Assembly: GCA_951406725.2 (NCBI GenBank)
Contig: OX597818.1
Span: 69,440,001-69,504,000, forward strand
Direction: 5' to 3'
Length of the DNA: 64,000 nucleotides
Source: Octopus vulgaris
Taxonomy: Eukaryota
Shown here: positions 1-12,179 of the stretch, piece by piece
Layout: each line of letters opens with the position of its first letter
How positions within the stretch are numbered: position 1 is the first letter of the stretch
Program-made: the position numbers and the translations under genes
Notes under the pieces: model-generated
Told to the model about the DNA's origin: nothing
Database searches by the model: none
The model's input: only the letters and a program-made list of their open reading frames with translations

Positions 1-195
1 TGACAAGTTTGGAAGGGGGTGGGTAAGTCAATAACATCGACCCCAGTATTCAGCTGGTATTTATTTTATCACCCTGAAAGGATGGAAAAGTAAAGTTGAC
101 CATGGTCGAATTTGAACTCAGAATGTAAAAATGGATGAAAAGTGACAAAGCATTTTACCGAGCTTGCTAATGATTCTGCCACCATGGGGCCTTAA
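1..195 (-). mobile_element. tRNA-derived SINE, family 2 (Octopus-type), partial
   Basis: Minus strand has a B-box-like GAGTTCAAATTC followed by the body ...GTCAACTTTACTTTTCCATCCTTTCAGGGTGATAAAATAAATACCAG; homologous copies at 7650-7856 and 34370-34545. Confidence 0.7.
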
Positions 196-719
196 CTATT
201 GGATATATATTAAATGGGAAAATGGCCTTAAAAAGCAAGCAAATCAAAATAAATCACAAAGATCAAGCAAATGAATGATGAGGCTTTAAATTATGACTTT
301 TTTTGGTGGGATGGGATTACATCCATTCTTTCTATGACAGCATGGGTTAGAGGAATAGTGAGGCATTGTTTGACAGTCAGATGCCCTTCCTCTCGCTAAC
401 CCTTATTTGTTTATCAAGAAAAGGATTTATTGTTTTAAGTGTCATCAAAGGTACAAAGCTGGCAGCTAACAGGAGAGAAACAAAAATCTCTTCAGGTGTA
501 GTCTGCCATTTCGAGAGAAACGTAAACAGACACATAGATTCATACACATGCATGTGAACAAGCAAACACACACATGCATGCACTCACATGTGCATACACA
601 AACGTACGCATACATACAAACATAAGCACATAAACACACACATAAGCCAATGACTGTTGCTCAGTAAGTTATGGCAACAAATGTTCCAGTTGATCAAAGC
701 AGCCTTCACTTGAACTTAA

Positions 720-905
720 TGTGCAGGAGTGGCTGTGTGGTAAGAACCTTGCTTCCCAACCACATGGTTCTGGGTTCCGTCCCACTGTGTGACACACATA
801 CAACAGGTTTCCCTAATTTTCCATCCAACAAATCCATTTACAAGTCTTTGGGTATCCTGGAGCTGTTGTAGAAAATATTTGCCCATGATGTTGTGCAACA
901 AGACC
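720..905 (+). mobile_element. tRNA-derived SINE family 1 head fused to an inverted SINE fragment
   Basis: TGCAGGAGTGGCTGTGTGGTAAG (A box) and GGTTCCGTCCC (B box), same as the full copy at 11019. Confidence 0.75.
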
Positions 906-1399
906 GAAACACTCTTTGCTTAAATAAGTTTATTGAAGACAGCAGTTGTATGTAATTCATAAGGAGATTCTCTGTTTAGCTTTGTTATTTTGAAGTTTAG
1001 AAATCCTCTGCAAGTGAGTGGGCCATGGTTGCATGTACCACCACCTTTTCATTAATTGTCCTTTTAGCTGCCTTTGTGAGCAAACATAGACATCTTTTTG
1101 TTCCTTCCATCCCTCATACAGCAGGATGTGACAGCTAAAGGGGTAAAAATGCTACCCAGAAGTTGGTTGCTTCATATTTTCAGGAACCATTGTATTAGCC
1201 AAAAATATTTGAAATGAAATGGTTTGCTCAATGGCACAAGATCCTGCTACCTGTGCAGAATTCAAAACTACAATCTTGTGATCATGAACCCAACATTCTA
1301 AACCTTTCATCACAGAGGAACAGATACTCTGGTCTCATGTTTTCCTTTGTCTTCCTGCCTGAAGTCCATATTATGGTTTCAACACAGGACTGCAAACTT

Positions 1400-1640
1400 A
1401 TCATCATTGTCATCATCATCATCATCATTTAAGATCTGTTTTCCATGCTGGCATGAGTTGGACGGTGTAACAGGAGTTGGCAAGGCTGCACAGCCGCACC
1501 ATGCGCCAGTCATCTGTTTTGGCATGGCCTCTATAGCTGGATGCCCTTCCTAATGCCAACCACTTTACAGAGTGGATTGTGTGCCTTTAACGTGGCACCA
1601 GCACAGGTACATTATTTGTTGCACTGGCACACATGCTTTC
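1400..1640 (-). mobile_element. RTE-LINE 3' end / RTE-tail repeat with (GAT)n tail
   Basis: (CAT)n then TTCCATGCTGGCATGAGTTGGAC...GCTGGATGCCCTTCCTAATGCCAACCAC; this tail is contiguous with RTE ORF sequence at 53330-54230. Confidence 0.75.
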
Positions 1641-2625
1641 TACAAATTATGTTTATATAAGGGGTGCAGGCAATATTGTGGGGTTAAGAACTTTGTCTCC
1701 CAACTCGTAACTATTTGGGTTTTGAAGTTCAGTTGTAAATGTGTGGCCCCTTGGCTACAAATCTTCTTCTAGAGCCCCAGACCAATCAAAGCCTTGTAAA
1801 TTGGTGTGGAAGAAGAAAACTGAAAAGCAGTTTTATATGTAAATATATATATATATGTGTAAATATAATATGGGACAATTATTCAGTAGCCATGATAAAA
1901 CTCAGAGTTTCGGATGTTGGGGCAGAAACCCATGCTGGCATCTCTTCAGTTATCTGGCCATCGGAAAAAATGCTATGAAGATGACCATTAAACAATACAT
2001 ATATATATATATATGTATGTATGTATGTATGTATATGTATATATATATGCATATGTATGTGTGTGTGAGTGTATTCATGTATGTACATACATATCTATAT
2101 ATGTGAGAATGTATGTGAATATAAATGTGTGCCAGTGTGACTGTGTTTGTTTCTCCTTGTCTTCAAATTGCACATTGTGTTGTAAAGAGGCATCACCCTT
2201 ACTGCACAAAACTTTGTCCTCCATTTCCAATATCCTTGAAAATATTGCCTTTCCTGGAAACAGGTGAGTGTTAGTGAGAGGATGGGCATTGAGCCACTGA
2301 AAATCTGCCTCAACAAATTGCGCATGACCCATGCTGGCATAGAAGAGGTGATGCTAAAATGATGAGGCTACATAATGTGCAGATGAGTCATAAATTAGAA
2401 AAACCATTGGAAGCTGGATGATTTGTTTGTTTGCTTTGTGGTGGTTCTGAGATAAATTCCATGCGATGAGAAAATTAGATGGATAACTCCCACAACCTTC
2501 ATATGTATGCAAATGTCATTAGCTTTAGGGATTAATAAAATGTGTGCCCAGATGTATGCAAGAGCATATATATACATGCATGTGTGACTGTGTGTGTGGG
2601 TGTATATCTCTCTCTCTTCCCCCAT

Positions 2626-2657
<32 letters not shown>

Positions 2658-2668
2658 ATATATATATG

Positions 2669-2731
<63 letters not shown>

Positions 2732-2745
2732 TATATATATATATA

Positions 2746-2790
2746 GTCCAACCCATGCTAGCATGGAGAACGGACGTTAAACGACGATGA
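2746..2790 (+). mobile_element. Ultra-short (45 bp) RTE-tail insertion inside (TA)n
   Basis: GTCCAACCCATGCTAGCATGGAGAACGGACGTTAAACGACGATGA flanked on both sides by (TA)n. Confidence 0.75.
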
Positions 2791-2810
2791 TATATATATA
2801 TATATATACA

Positions 2811-2849
<39 letters not shown>

Positions 2850-3794
2850 CATATATATGTATATGCATGCATGTATATATACACATATAAATGTATGTAT
2901 ATATGTATACATATATATATACACAACATATGTATACATATACATATACACAACACACACACACACACACATATGAAATCAACTGAAGCAAAATGTAATA
3001 AAATTTTATGCTAAACTCCAACAATGAATAAATGAATAACATTTTCTCACAAAATCCTTAGAAACGATCCAACTCGTTTGTGTCGAGTAATTTTCATTTG
3101 AGGTGGCAGATGGGTGGCAGATGGGTGGCGGAAGAGAAACGGAGCTGAAAAATAAAGAACTATTAAATACAAGTGTTACAAAAAGTGAAATGTTCTTTGA
3201 AATGCGCAAGACTGCACGTGGTGAGGTTTGACGACCAACTTCACAAATAAAATCTCAACTAAATTAACCCAATTTTAAAGATTACATTAAATGGCATTGT
3301 ATTGGCTTCTCAATGCTGAACAAAAAATAAATAATGGCATTCAGTTTTTCCAGAGAATTATGCTCTCATTTGTGTCACGATTTTAACAAGAATCAGCCTT
3401 CAACAGACAGTATTTATTTTCCACACGTGAGATCCAGGAAGCACAATGGCTGTGAGGCTGAAGATGTTGGTATGATTGATTGTACGTAACCGTTTGTATC
3501 ATGACACCTCCTCCTTTCAAACGTACCTAACTCCCCCACCCCATCGCTTTCATTATTTTAATCAAACAAAAGATAATTTTCAAATGCAGTTTATTTTTCA
3601 TATCTTCTCATGTTTTCACATTCAGCATTTTATTTCTTAAAATTTCAGGGACTTGTGAACTGTAGCACAAAATTTTTTTCTGGAAATTACTAAACTGGAG
3701 AACTTCATCAAATTCATTATCAACAGCGTCTACACCATCATCATCATCATCATCATCACCAACAACATCATCGTTATCATCATTTCATTGTCTT

Positions 3795-4013
3795 ACAGTT
3801 CTATATTTAAGAGACAAGGAATTATGTACATTATTTACATTTGATGGATATTTGTCCTCATCTTGATTGTTGTTAACACAACGTTTTGGCTGATATAACC
3901 TCCAGCCTTCATCAGGTGTCTTGGGGAAATTTCGAACATGGGTTCTCATTCCTAAGGTAATTTTCAATGAATAATAATGATAACAACAACGACAACAATA
4001 ATAATGATGATGT

Positions 4014-4061
<48 letters not shown>

Positions 4062-4093
4062 CGATGATGACGATGATAATGATGATGATGATG

Positions 4094-4142
<49 letters not shown>

Positions 4143-4192
4143 GGAATGAGAACCCAGGTTCGAAATTTCCCCAAGACATCTGATGAAGGCTG
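3795..4192. mobile_element. Penelope-derived inverted (palindromic) element, family A, with HHR
   Basis: 3903-3954 is the reverse complement of 4140-4192 around an (AAT)n/(GAT)n spacer; the same family recurs at 63675-63895. Confidence 0.7.
3875..3920 (-). ncRNA. Type I minimal hammerhead ribozyme motif (G12->A, probably inactive copy)
   Basis: Minus strand reads GACAC-CUGAUGA-a-GGCUG[10 nt]CAGCC-aAAA-CG-UU-GUGUU; helix I GACAC/GUGUU, helix II 5 bp, palindromic AACGUU helix III. Confidence 0.7.
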
Positions 4193-4970
4193 AGTTGGAA
4201 TGTAGATTTCAAAGAAACTCCAAAAATCTATCATGTGGTACCATTTCCAGAATAAATGGAGTCCACATGCCTAGACCCCAATTCCAATATGATGCTAGGG
4301 TGAACTTCTTCATGATGTCTTTCAGCAGGGCAAGCAGAACTTTGATTTTGCCCCCTGTGGTTGGAAACCAATCACCGCCATGCCCAGGTCTAACATGCTG
4401 GGGATGGTTTTCAGCATAGTCATTCATTTTGTCTGCAATATATTGGAACATTTCATCTATCAAAAACTCATGAAAGATTTCCAATGGTGAACTTCCATAT
4501 TCAAGGTCTGCCTTTGTGCCAGGCGAACCAGTATACCCATGCCATCAGATGAAATTGTCTCTCACTCACCACACGACATTCTGTTGTCCAGGGCCTTTCA
4601 CTGCTGCCCACCTGTACCTTTAATTCACCGGAATATCATCATCACTATTTGAATCCTCTGATTCTGAACCAGGAAAATACTCATTCTCTGATTCATCGTC
4701 TGAACTGTAAGAAACAACTGGTGAGGTGGTGGGGGTTGGTGTAGCTTGGCTTCAGGACTGTAAATTCGATGAAACAGGATGTGATGACAAAGTTGACAGA
4801 GCTGGAGTGCCAGGACCAGCCTATTAAATTGTAAATATTTACATAAATCATCTAATTAGCCTATCAGTTGGCAGGTGGTCCAGTACTAACTCAGGTGGCA
4901 TATAATTACGTCAACCGATTTAAAGCAGGTACATTGCATGCGTAAATTTACATCAATCGTTTTAAATGGG
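4193..4970 (-). mobile_element. piggyBac transposon left-end fragment with decayed transposase N-terminus
   Basis: TTAA (4971-4974) next to a CCCATTT terminus on the minus strand; acidic N-terminus (SSDDESENEY..SESEDSNSDDD); ORF 4209-4484 has piggyBac motifs (W.PTT..IK.LL, YW, TP.....DRF..L, LH). Confidence 0.8.
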
Positions 4971-5307
4971 TTAAACGATGATGACAGTGATGATGATGAT
5001 GATGATGAGTGCAATGTGATTCGTTAGATATTTAGCTGCTATTTTCAGCATGTCGAATAACCATCTATAAAATCTCTGTTTGACAGAATTCTCAGTCAAT
5101 GAACAATTCCGCAACTTTTACTTCTCCCTCCATTTGTCCAAGATTCTATTTCCTATCTTCTCTCTTACTCTCTTTCTTTCTCCCTGAAAATATTGGCTTT
5201 GTGAGATCAGCAGTTTAGCTCAGTTAGGATGGCTGATGGAAAGGAAGGTCTCTGTTACTCACACACACACACGTATATGTACACATATATATATATAAAT
5301 ATATACC

Positions 5308-5390
<83 letters not shown>

Positions 5391-5870
5391 GGGGGACGAT
5401 GGGGGGAGATACATATCAATACATATCAATACATGCATCTACATAGCGATACATTAGCAACATTGTTATTAGATTTTAGGAATTTCTTCTTAATGGAAAT
5501 GAATTGGAAAAAATTACCTATTGAATTTTTTAAGTGATAATATAATTTTGTTTCCTCAAAGTACATTAGTAATATAGTGTAAATATATACATATATATAT
5601 ACATGTATATATACATACATATGTATATATATAAATATATATGTAAGTATGTATGTGTGTGTATGTATATACATATATATGCATGTGAATATATATGCGT
5701 GAGTGTGATCATGTGTGTGCAAGTTCGTGCATGTATGTATGAATGTGTGTATGTATATATATGTGTGTATATATATATATATGTATATACACATATAGCG
5801 TTATATACATATCCAAACATATGTACAAGCCTGTATGTGTGTATACACGCAGACACACACATGCATGCAC

Positions 5871-6260
5871 ACAAGAAAAAGATGGTATCAAAAAGTTCCT
5901 GGTCTACGTAGGTAGCATGCCAATAGATGGCAGTACACGGTTGCATGCACAGTGAGGGCTGGTAGTGAGGCTCTGGGCTGAGGGAGATTGTAGTGTTTAC
6001 TTTGCAAGTTGTGATCACGTGTGTCTGCTGTAGTCTGTGACTTTTGTCATCGGTAGGAAGTTAGAACAAAGAGCCAACATAAAAGTTTTGTGGTGGAAAG
6101 TTGGAAAGTCTGCTTCAGAGACATTGAGCATGCTTCAGCAAGCTTATGGTGATGAGGCAATGGGGCATACGTAATGTTTTGAGTGACAAAGGCACTTCAA
6201 ATTTGGAAGAATGTCCCTGACATGGAATCCCCAAGAAAATGTGGAGAAAATCCATTTGAG
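5871..6260 (+). mobile_element. mariner transposon 5' fragment (HTH domain, degraded)
   Basis: TIR-like GGTATCAAAAAGTTCCTGG; translation LEQRANIK...GKSASETLSMLQQAYGDEAMG..CFE...HFKFGR is the mariner N-terminal HTH. Confidence 0.8.
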
Positions 6261-6929
6261 GTAAGATGGTTAGAGATGAGGCAGAGGTGAATGTAGCAAG
6301 TGATGGTCAGGGATATAGGAGAGGCTCAGGGGTGAGGGTTTGATAGGTGAGAGCACTGGGAGTGATAGAAGACACAAGAGGAGTTGAGGATGGAGAGGGC
6401 ATGGCTGGAGGGGAAAGAAAGTGGCAAAGGAGGGGACATAGTATGTGCTTCTTCTGTTGTCTGGTGATTATAATATGCATGTATATATATATGTGTGTGT
6501 GTGTGTGTGTCTGTGTATTGTGTATATTTGTCGTTTTATAACACTTTAACTGCAGGTTATATTGTAAGTATTTTTTATTGATTGTTGGGGTATTTGAAAA
6601 TAGATGGCTGAAATGAAATCATTTAAGACATGAAATGTCTAATGGGCCTTCATTTATACTAACTTATTGCTCTTAAATAATTTAAATTATGAAAAATATA
6701 GTGATGGTGGTGGTGGTGGTGGTGGTGGTGATAGAGAAGAGTAGAAGATGTAAAATTGCGTTGGCTAACAATGATGATGATGATGATGATGATATTGATT
6801 ATGATGTTTACAAAGCTACCATTGGTATTTGAACTCAGAACATAGCTGTTTGTCCCTAAACATTGAAAGCCCCCTACACTACTGTTGCTGCTATGAAACC
6901 TAATTAATTCTAATAACGATCTGAAACAT

Positions 6930-7540
6930 CAACACAAAGTGACAAACTTGAAGTGAGGTTCTCATCCAATTACACTCACACCAGCGTAAGGTTGGAAACT
7001 TGAGGTGAGAGCTTCATTAATTATGCTAAGCGTGGCACAAGGCCAGGAGTTTGAAGTGAGGACCTGATTAATTAAATTGAGCACAACCACAAGGACACAC
7101 ATTTAAAGAGGATACCTAGATTATAACATTGCTCCCTGAAAATGGAAATAAATTCGTTGTAAAGTCCTTGTTTATTATGTTGTATACAATCACAAGGACC
7201 CATATTCGAACTGAGAGTTTAGTTAACTGAGTACAACACAGAAGCAGATACTTGAAGTGTTGGGCCTAGTTAATAGTATGAGCACAGCACAAAGACATGT
7301 AATTAATGTGAGGGCCAAGTTAATTATATTGAGCAGAGCACAAGGCCAATCATTTTTAAGTGAAAGCCTCGTTAATTAAATTGAGCACAACACAAAGACA
7401 CATATTTGAAGTAGATACCTAGATTATAATATTCACACGAACACAAGGAAACAAATTTGAAATAAGGGCTTAATTAATCATTCATATTTTATATTCATAG
7501 GGTGCCAGATATTTAAAGTGTTGACTTAATTAATTATTAT
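6930..7540. repeat. Diverged ~51-bp tandem array (~12 units) with ~300-bp higher-order period
   Basis: CACAAGG/CACAAAG-like starts near 6933, 6985, 7036, 7088, 7191, 7237, 7288, 7338, 7391, 7442, each followed by TTTGAAGTG...TTAATTA variants. Confidence 0.8.
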
Positions 7541-7649
7541 CACACACACCTAACCCCAGTAAGGGATGTAAAACTTCATATCATGTGATACTTACCTGTT
7601 CTTTTACTCATAATACCACGCACCCTCCTCTTAATAATGCTTTCTAATT

Positions 7650-7856
7650 TAGGCCCTAGGCATAACATTTTCTAGGGGAGAGGCAAGTCAGTTATATCAA
7701 ATCCAGTACTTGACTGATGCTTTATTTTATTCATCCTAGAAGGATCAAAAGCAAAGTTGAGCTCAGAAGGAACTGAACACAGAATGTGAAGAACTGAAAC
7801 AACTTGTCCCAAGTGTTTATGTCCCTGATGCCCTAACAATTCTACCAGCTCACTGA
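7650..7856 (-). mobile_element. tRNA-derived SINE, family 2
   Basis: Homologous to 1-195. Confidence 0.65.
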
Positions 7857-9050
7857 TGGCCTTCTTTGCAGTAATAACTGTTAACACATTTGCTATGCAA
7901 CTATGGGGATCCAGGTTCATTTCCACTGGTTGGCGGCTTCAGCCTGAGTCTTCTGCCGTAGTCTCAAGGTCTTTGAGTGGAGAGAAACATTTTGTGTTCT
8001 TGAGTGGTATTTTTAACCTAGCTTCAGGTTTAATAGCATCAGCATCAATGTGATGGTCATAACTGGAATACCTTTGGTCATAGGTCTGCTGAATCAGGAC
8101 CAACCTAAGGCTAAACAACTACAGCATGTGAATGTAGAGTTGAGAGTCTTGCTAAAGAAATGAACTCAATCTCTGTAGAACATCTCAGCACAGCTAAATT
8201 TATGAAAGCCAGAAGTCTGCAAAACTTCAGCACTCTGGTCATACATTCTAGCAGTGTTCTATTAAATCAATTATACTTAGATTCCTACACATATATAAAC
8301 ATTTATTCTTCTTTAGTCTTGGAATGTATTTTGTTTTAACAATGCCATATGAAGGAGAAGAAGAGAAAAAAACTTGTTTTACTGAAAAGTGTCAAGAGAT
8401 AATCCATGGCTGTCATTGAGTCAAGATAATGAATATAAATGAGCTGCGTTATATATAATACATATTATACATACACCTTCAACAGTAACACACGCAATCA
8501 CATCTATAGACATTATTGTTAAAAACTCACATCAGGTTAGGTAATGCCACATTTCTATGGCTTATGAAAGCTAACGAAATAAAATTAGCGCCTATTTTGC
8601 CATAAGAAAAACATAGCTCAGTTGAATTTTCTTGTCTAGTTGCTTTTAATGTAAACTGAAAGAATTAAATTTAGTCTCATACTTGCAAGATAACTATCAG
8701 TGCCAACTAAACAACTAATAACACTGTGTCAGAATAAATTCTTGATGATAGAAACACACAAAATTCTTTATGAGTTTCAATGAAAATGGAAAGCGAGAGA
8801 GAGAGAGAGAATCAAACAATAAACGAAACACTGTTTTTACATTTAGTAATTGCATAAAAAAACAAACAAAAAACACACTCAAATACTATTTATTAATGTT
8901 TCTGTAATATGGCAGTGCACAGGTGAATCTGAGTAAAGACTAGTTTGATATACGATGAGACTAAAACATTACTCTAATATCATTTACAGTTATTGATCAG
9001 TGATAGGGAAAACAAAGAAAACGGAGACAAAATAATGTGCTGCTGTTGTT

Positions 9051-9088
<38 letters not shown>

Positions 9089-9344
9089 CGTTATTATTAT
9101 TATTATTTCCATTATTGCCACTCTTCGTGCTGTTGTTTTAACAGCCAGCAATGTTTTCAGTTTGTTTTTAGAGAAGGTTAATCCAATCTATTCGCCATCC
9201 TCAACCATATGATTGCCTATCTTTCAGTAATCTATTTCCTAGATCTACACTAATTTCTATCACTCAACTCACCAATATATTTTGTATTTAAATCATTGAT
9301 CCTATTGGCAGAAAGAAATAAGATGTTAACTTTAAAACTGATGA

Positions 9345-9426
<82 letters not shown>

Positions 9427-10983
9427 GGTCTCCATGTTACATTCAATTTTCCATGCTTTCATGGATTTTCCATGTTTTCTCCCACATTTCTTTGATTTCT
9501 TTCTTTCTGATGTTCAGCAACCCTTTATGACTTACAACACTTCTCATGTCTGCCTTCATCTTCTCTATGCTTCTCCCTTAGAACTGGCCCCTGACCAACT
9601 GACCCAATGTCACTTATGAACAAGCATCACCCCACTTTCTGCTTCTATCTTTGATATATATGTATATACAAACTTAACGATGTGTTTGAAACTAATTGGC
9701 TGCAGCTTCAGTCCCACTGCATAGGAAAATGGACATTTCTAATTTAGCCCTGAGTCATCCAATGCGTACAGAGTGAATTTGTTTGATGGAAATTGTGTAG
9801 AAGCTTGTCATATTATGTACGTGTCTGTGTAGATGTTTGTGCTTATCTTTGCTTGAGTTTGTCTTTCACCATTTGACAACAGGATTTTGTTTGTTTATGT
9901 CCCCTAAAATAGCTTTGCAGCAAAAAGGGAGCTACAGGATATATACTGAGGTCAATTTGATCACTTAGACACTTCAAAGTGGTTCTTCAGTACGAATGCA
10001 GCTCAGTGATCGAAACTTAAGATCTCTGTTACATTTGATACACTTGTACAACACTTTCTTGTAGACTCACCATGCATTTACAATAAGGAGCAATCACAAA
10101 ACATTATACCACACGCAAGTGAATTTAGGTAAAGGGCGTGCACCATTGCTGCACATTGCTGCTCCCACCATTCGTCATCCTAGACAATCTTTGAAGCAGT
10201 GTTCCTGTCGTTCCCCATCTCCATGAGATATTTCCATAAAAAAGTGGCGTGTGGCTGACCAGCATCACCCATCAGCCCAGCTGGATCCTCAGAGAACACT
10301 GCAGGCAGGATCCACCTCAGGAAATTGAACATGGCCAAACAATCCATGCTGATGCTCCCAAATCATACAAGTAACTGGATGCCTCCTAGTCTCTAAACAG
10401 AGTCATTGGTTGGGTAGGAAATCTGACCAATGGTAACCAATAATCTTAAGAAGCATTCTGGTACCAGAGGAGTTCGGGCAGTGCCAAAGAGCCCTTCTCT
10501 CACACACACACACACATAGTGTCAAAGTCTTGCAACCATAGAACAAGACAGAGAGGACCAGGGACCTGAAGACACAAATCTTTGTTTTCCTACACAGGAA
10601 AGCATGGAAAAATGGATGTTAAGAAGATGATGATGATGATGATGATGATGATGAGCAAGAGGAGGAGGAGAAAGTATGTAAGTTGTTCTGACCCAGCTGT
10701 TTTGACACTTGCATATTTGGTATCGCTGTTTCAACACTGAGTTATTTACTTCAGATATTTTAATATCTGGTGTCAATAAGTGGCTGTCTGGTAAGAAGTT
10801 TGCTTCCCAACAATATGGTTCCAGGTTCCGTTCCATTGCGTTGCACCTAGGGCAACTGTCTTCTACTATAGCCTTGAGCTGATAGAAGCCTAAGAAAAGC
10901 CCTTCATCTCTCTCTGTCTTTTTCTCTGTATATATATATATATATATATATATACATACATGCATATATATACATATATATTT

Positions 10984-11018
<35 letters not shown>

Positions 11019-11186
11019 GGTGCAGGAGTGGCTGTGTGGTAAGTAGCTTGTTTACCAACCACATGGTGCTGGGTTCAGTCCCACTGCGTGGCACCTTGGG
11101 CAAGTGTCTTCTATAGCCTCGGGCTGACCAAAGCCTTGTGAGTGGATTTGGTAGACGGAAACTGAAAGAAGCCCGTCGTATATATG

Positions 11187-11217
<31 letters not shown>

Positions 11218-11426
11218 TTGTGTGTCTGTGTTTGTGTCCCTAGCATTGCTTGACAACCGATGCTGGTGTGTTTATGTCCCTGTTACTTAGCGGTTCGGCA
11301 AAAGCGACTGATAGAATAAGTACTGGGCTTACAAAAGAATAAGTGCCGGGGTCGAGTTGCTCGACTAAACGCGGTGCTCCAGCATGGCCGCAGTCAAATG
11401 ACTGAAACAAGTAAAAGAGTAAAGAG

Positions 11427-11428
<2 letters not shown>
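11019..11428 (+). mobile_element. Full-length tRNA-derived SINE, family 1 (Octopus OR-type)
   Basis: A box TGGCTGTGTGG, B box GGTTCAGTCCC, internal (TA)n(TG)n, 3' ...GCTCCAGCATGGCCGCAGTCAAATGACTGAAACAAGTAAAAGAGTAAAGAG; inserted in (TA)n. Confidence 0.9.
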
Positions 11429-11486
<58 letters not shown>

Positions 11487-11523
11487 GTATGTATATGTAT
11501 TTGTATATATATATATATATATA

Positions 11524-12168
11524 ATTGTTAAAGAGGGTAACAAACATTAAGGCAAGGCAAACATCTCAAGTCATATACAATATCATTGGAGGAAGAAACT
11601 CAAAACCTTACAGCTGTTTCTGGGATATCCCCAAGTATGGGATATTCCGTCATCAGAGACAAATAGGGGGGGAAAATATGGAAAATGAGAATGGTATATA
11701 TTAATAAGATGACAACATAGAGGAATGGAGTAAAAGAATAAGGAGATGGAAAGAAAGAAGAAAAAAGAAGCATAAAAGTTCATAGTTCAACTTGCCAAAA
11801 CCAGAGCATGAATCTTTAGGTGCAATCCTGTGTAGATCCATGTGGGTTGAAGTCCTGATGCAGTAGACATCCAAAGTAAAAATACGTGAATATATATCAA
11901 GAGAATAGTAGTGGAGGTGGTATTAAGTGGTAAAAGTAAAGAAAAGAAAAGAAATAGAAAGAGAGGTGGATAGAGTGAGGTAGGGGGGATTTTAAGGATT
12001 GGCTACAGGATAAAGTAAGGTGCATAGGTGTAAGGTGTCTAAGAATTGTGTATGGGGTAGCCGAGAAGATAAGAGAGAGAATGAGGAGGTAGAGGAAAAT
12101 GGGGTAAAAAAATTAGAGTGAAATGAAAGGACTTTAGGGAGAGTAGGAGATGTCTGGTAGTTTTAAAG
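11524..12168 (-). mobile_element. Putative Penelope-like pLTR/3'UTR fragment between TA tracts
   Basis: Non-coding, pyrimidine-rich minus-strand segment containing the HHR at 11605-11660; bounded by (TA)n on both sides. Confidence 0.55.
11605..11660 (-). ncRNA. Type I hammerhead ribozyme motif (intact core)
   Basis: Minus strand reads GUCU-CUGAUGA-cGGAAUAUCCC[AUACUUG]GGGAUAUCCCa-GAAA-CAGCUG-UA-AGGU; palindromic ACAGCUGU helix III, GUA cleavage triplet. Confidence 0.85.
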
Positions 12169-12179
12169 ATATATATATT

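Noticed and set aside
6930-7540. CRISPR-like regular spacing
   Set aside because: The whole monomers are homologous (no unique spacers), the context is eukaryotic, and there are no cas genes.
11019-11095. tRNA gene
   Set aside because: The A and B boxes belong to a SINE head, with no proper cloverleaf, and the sequence continues into the SINE body.
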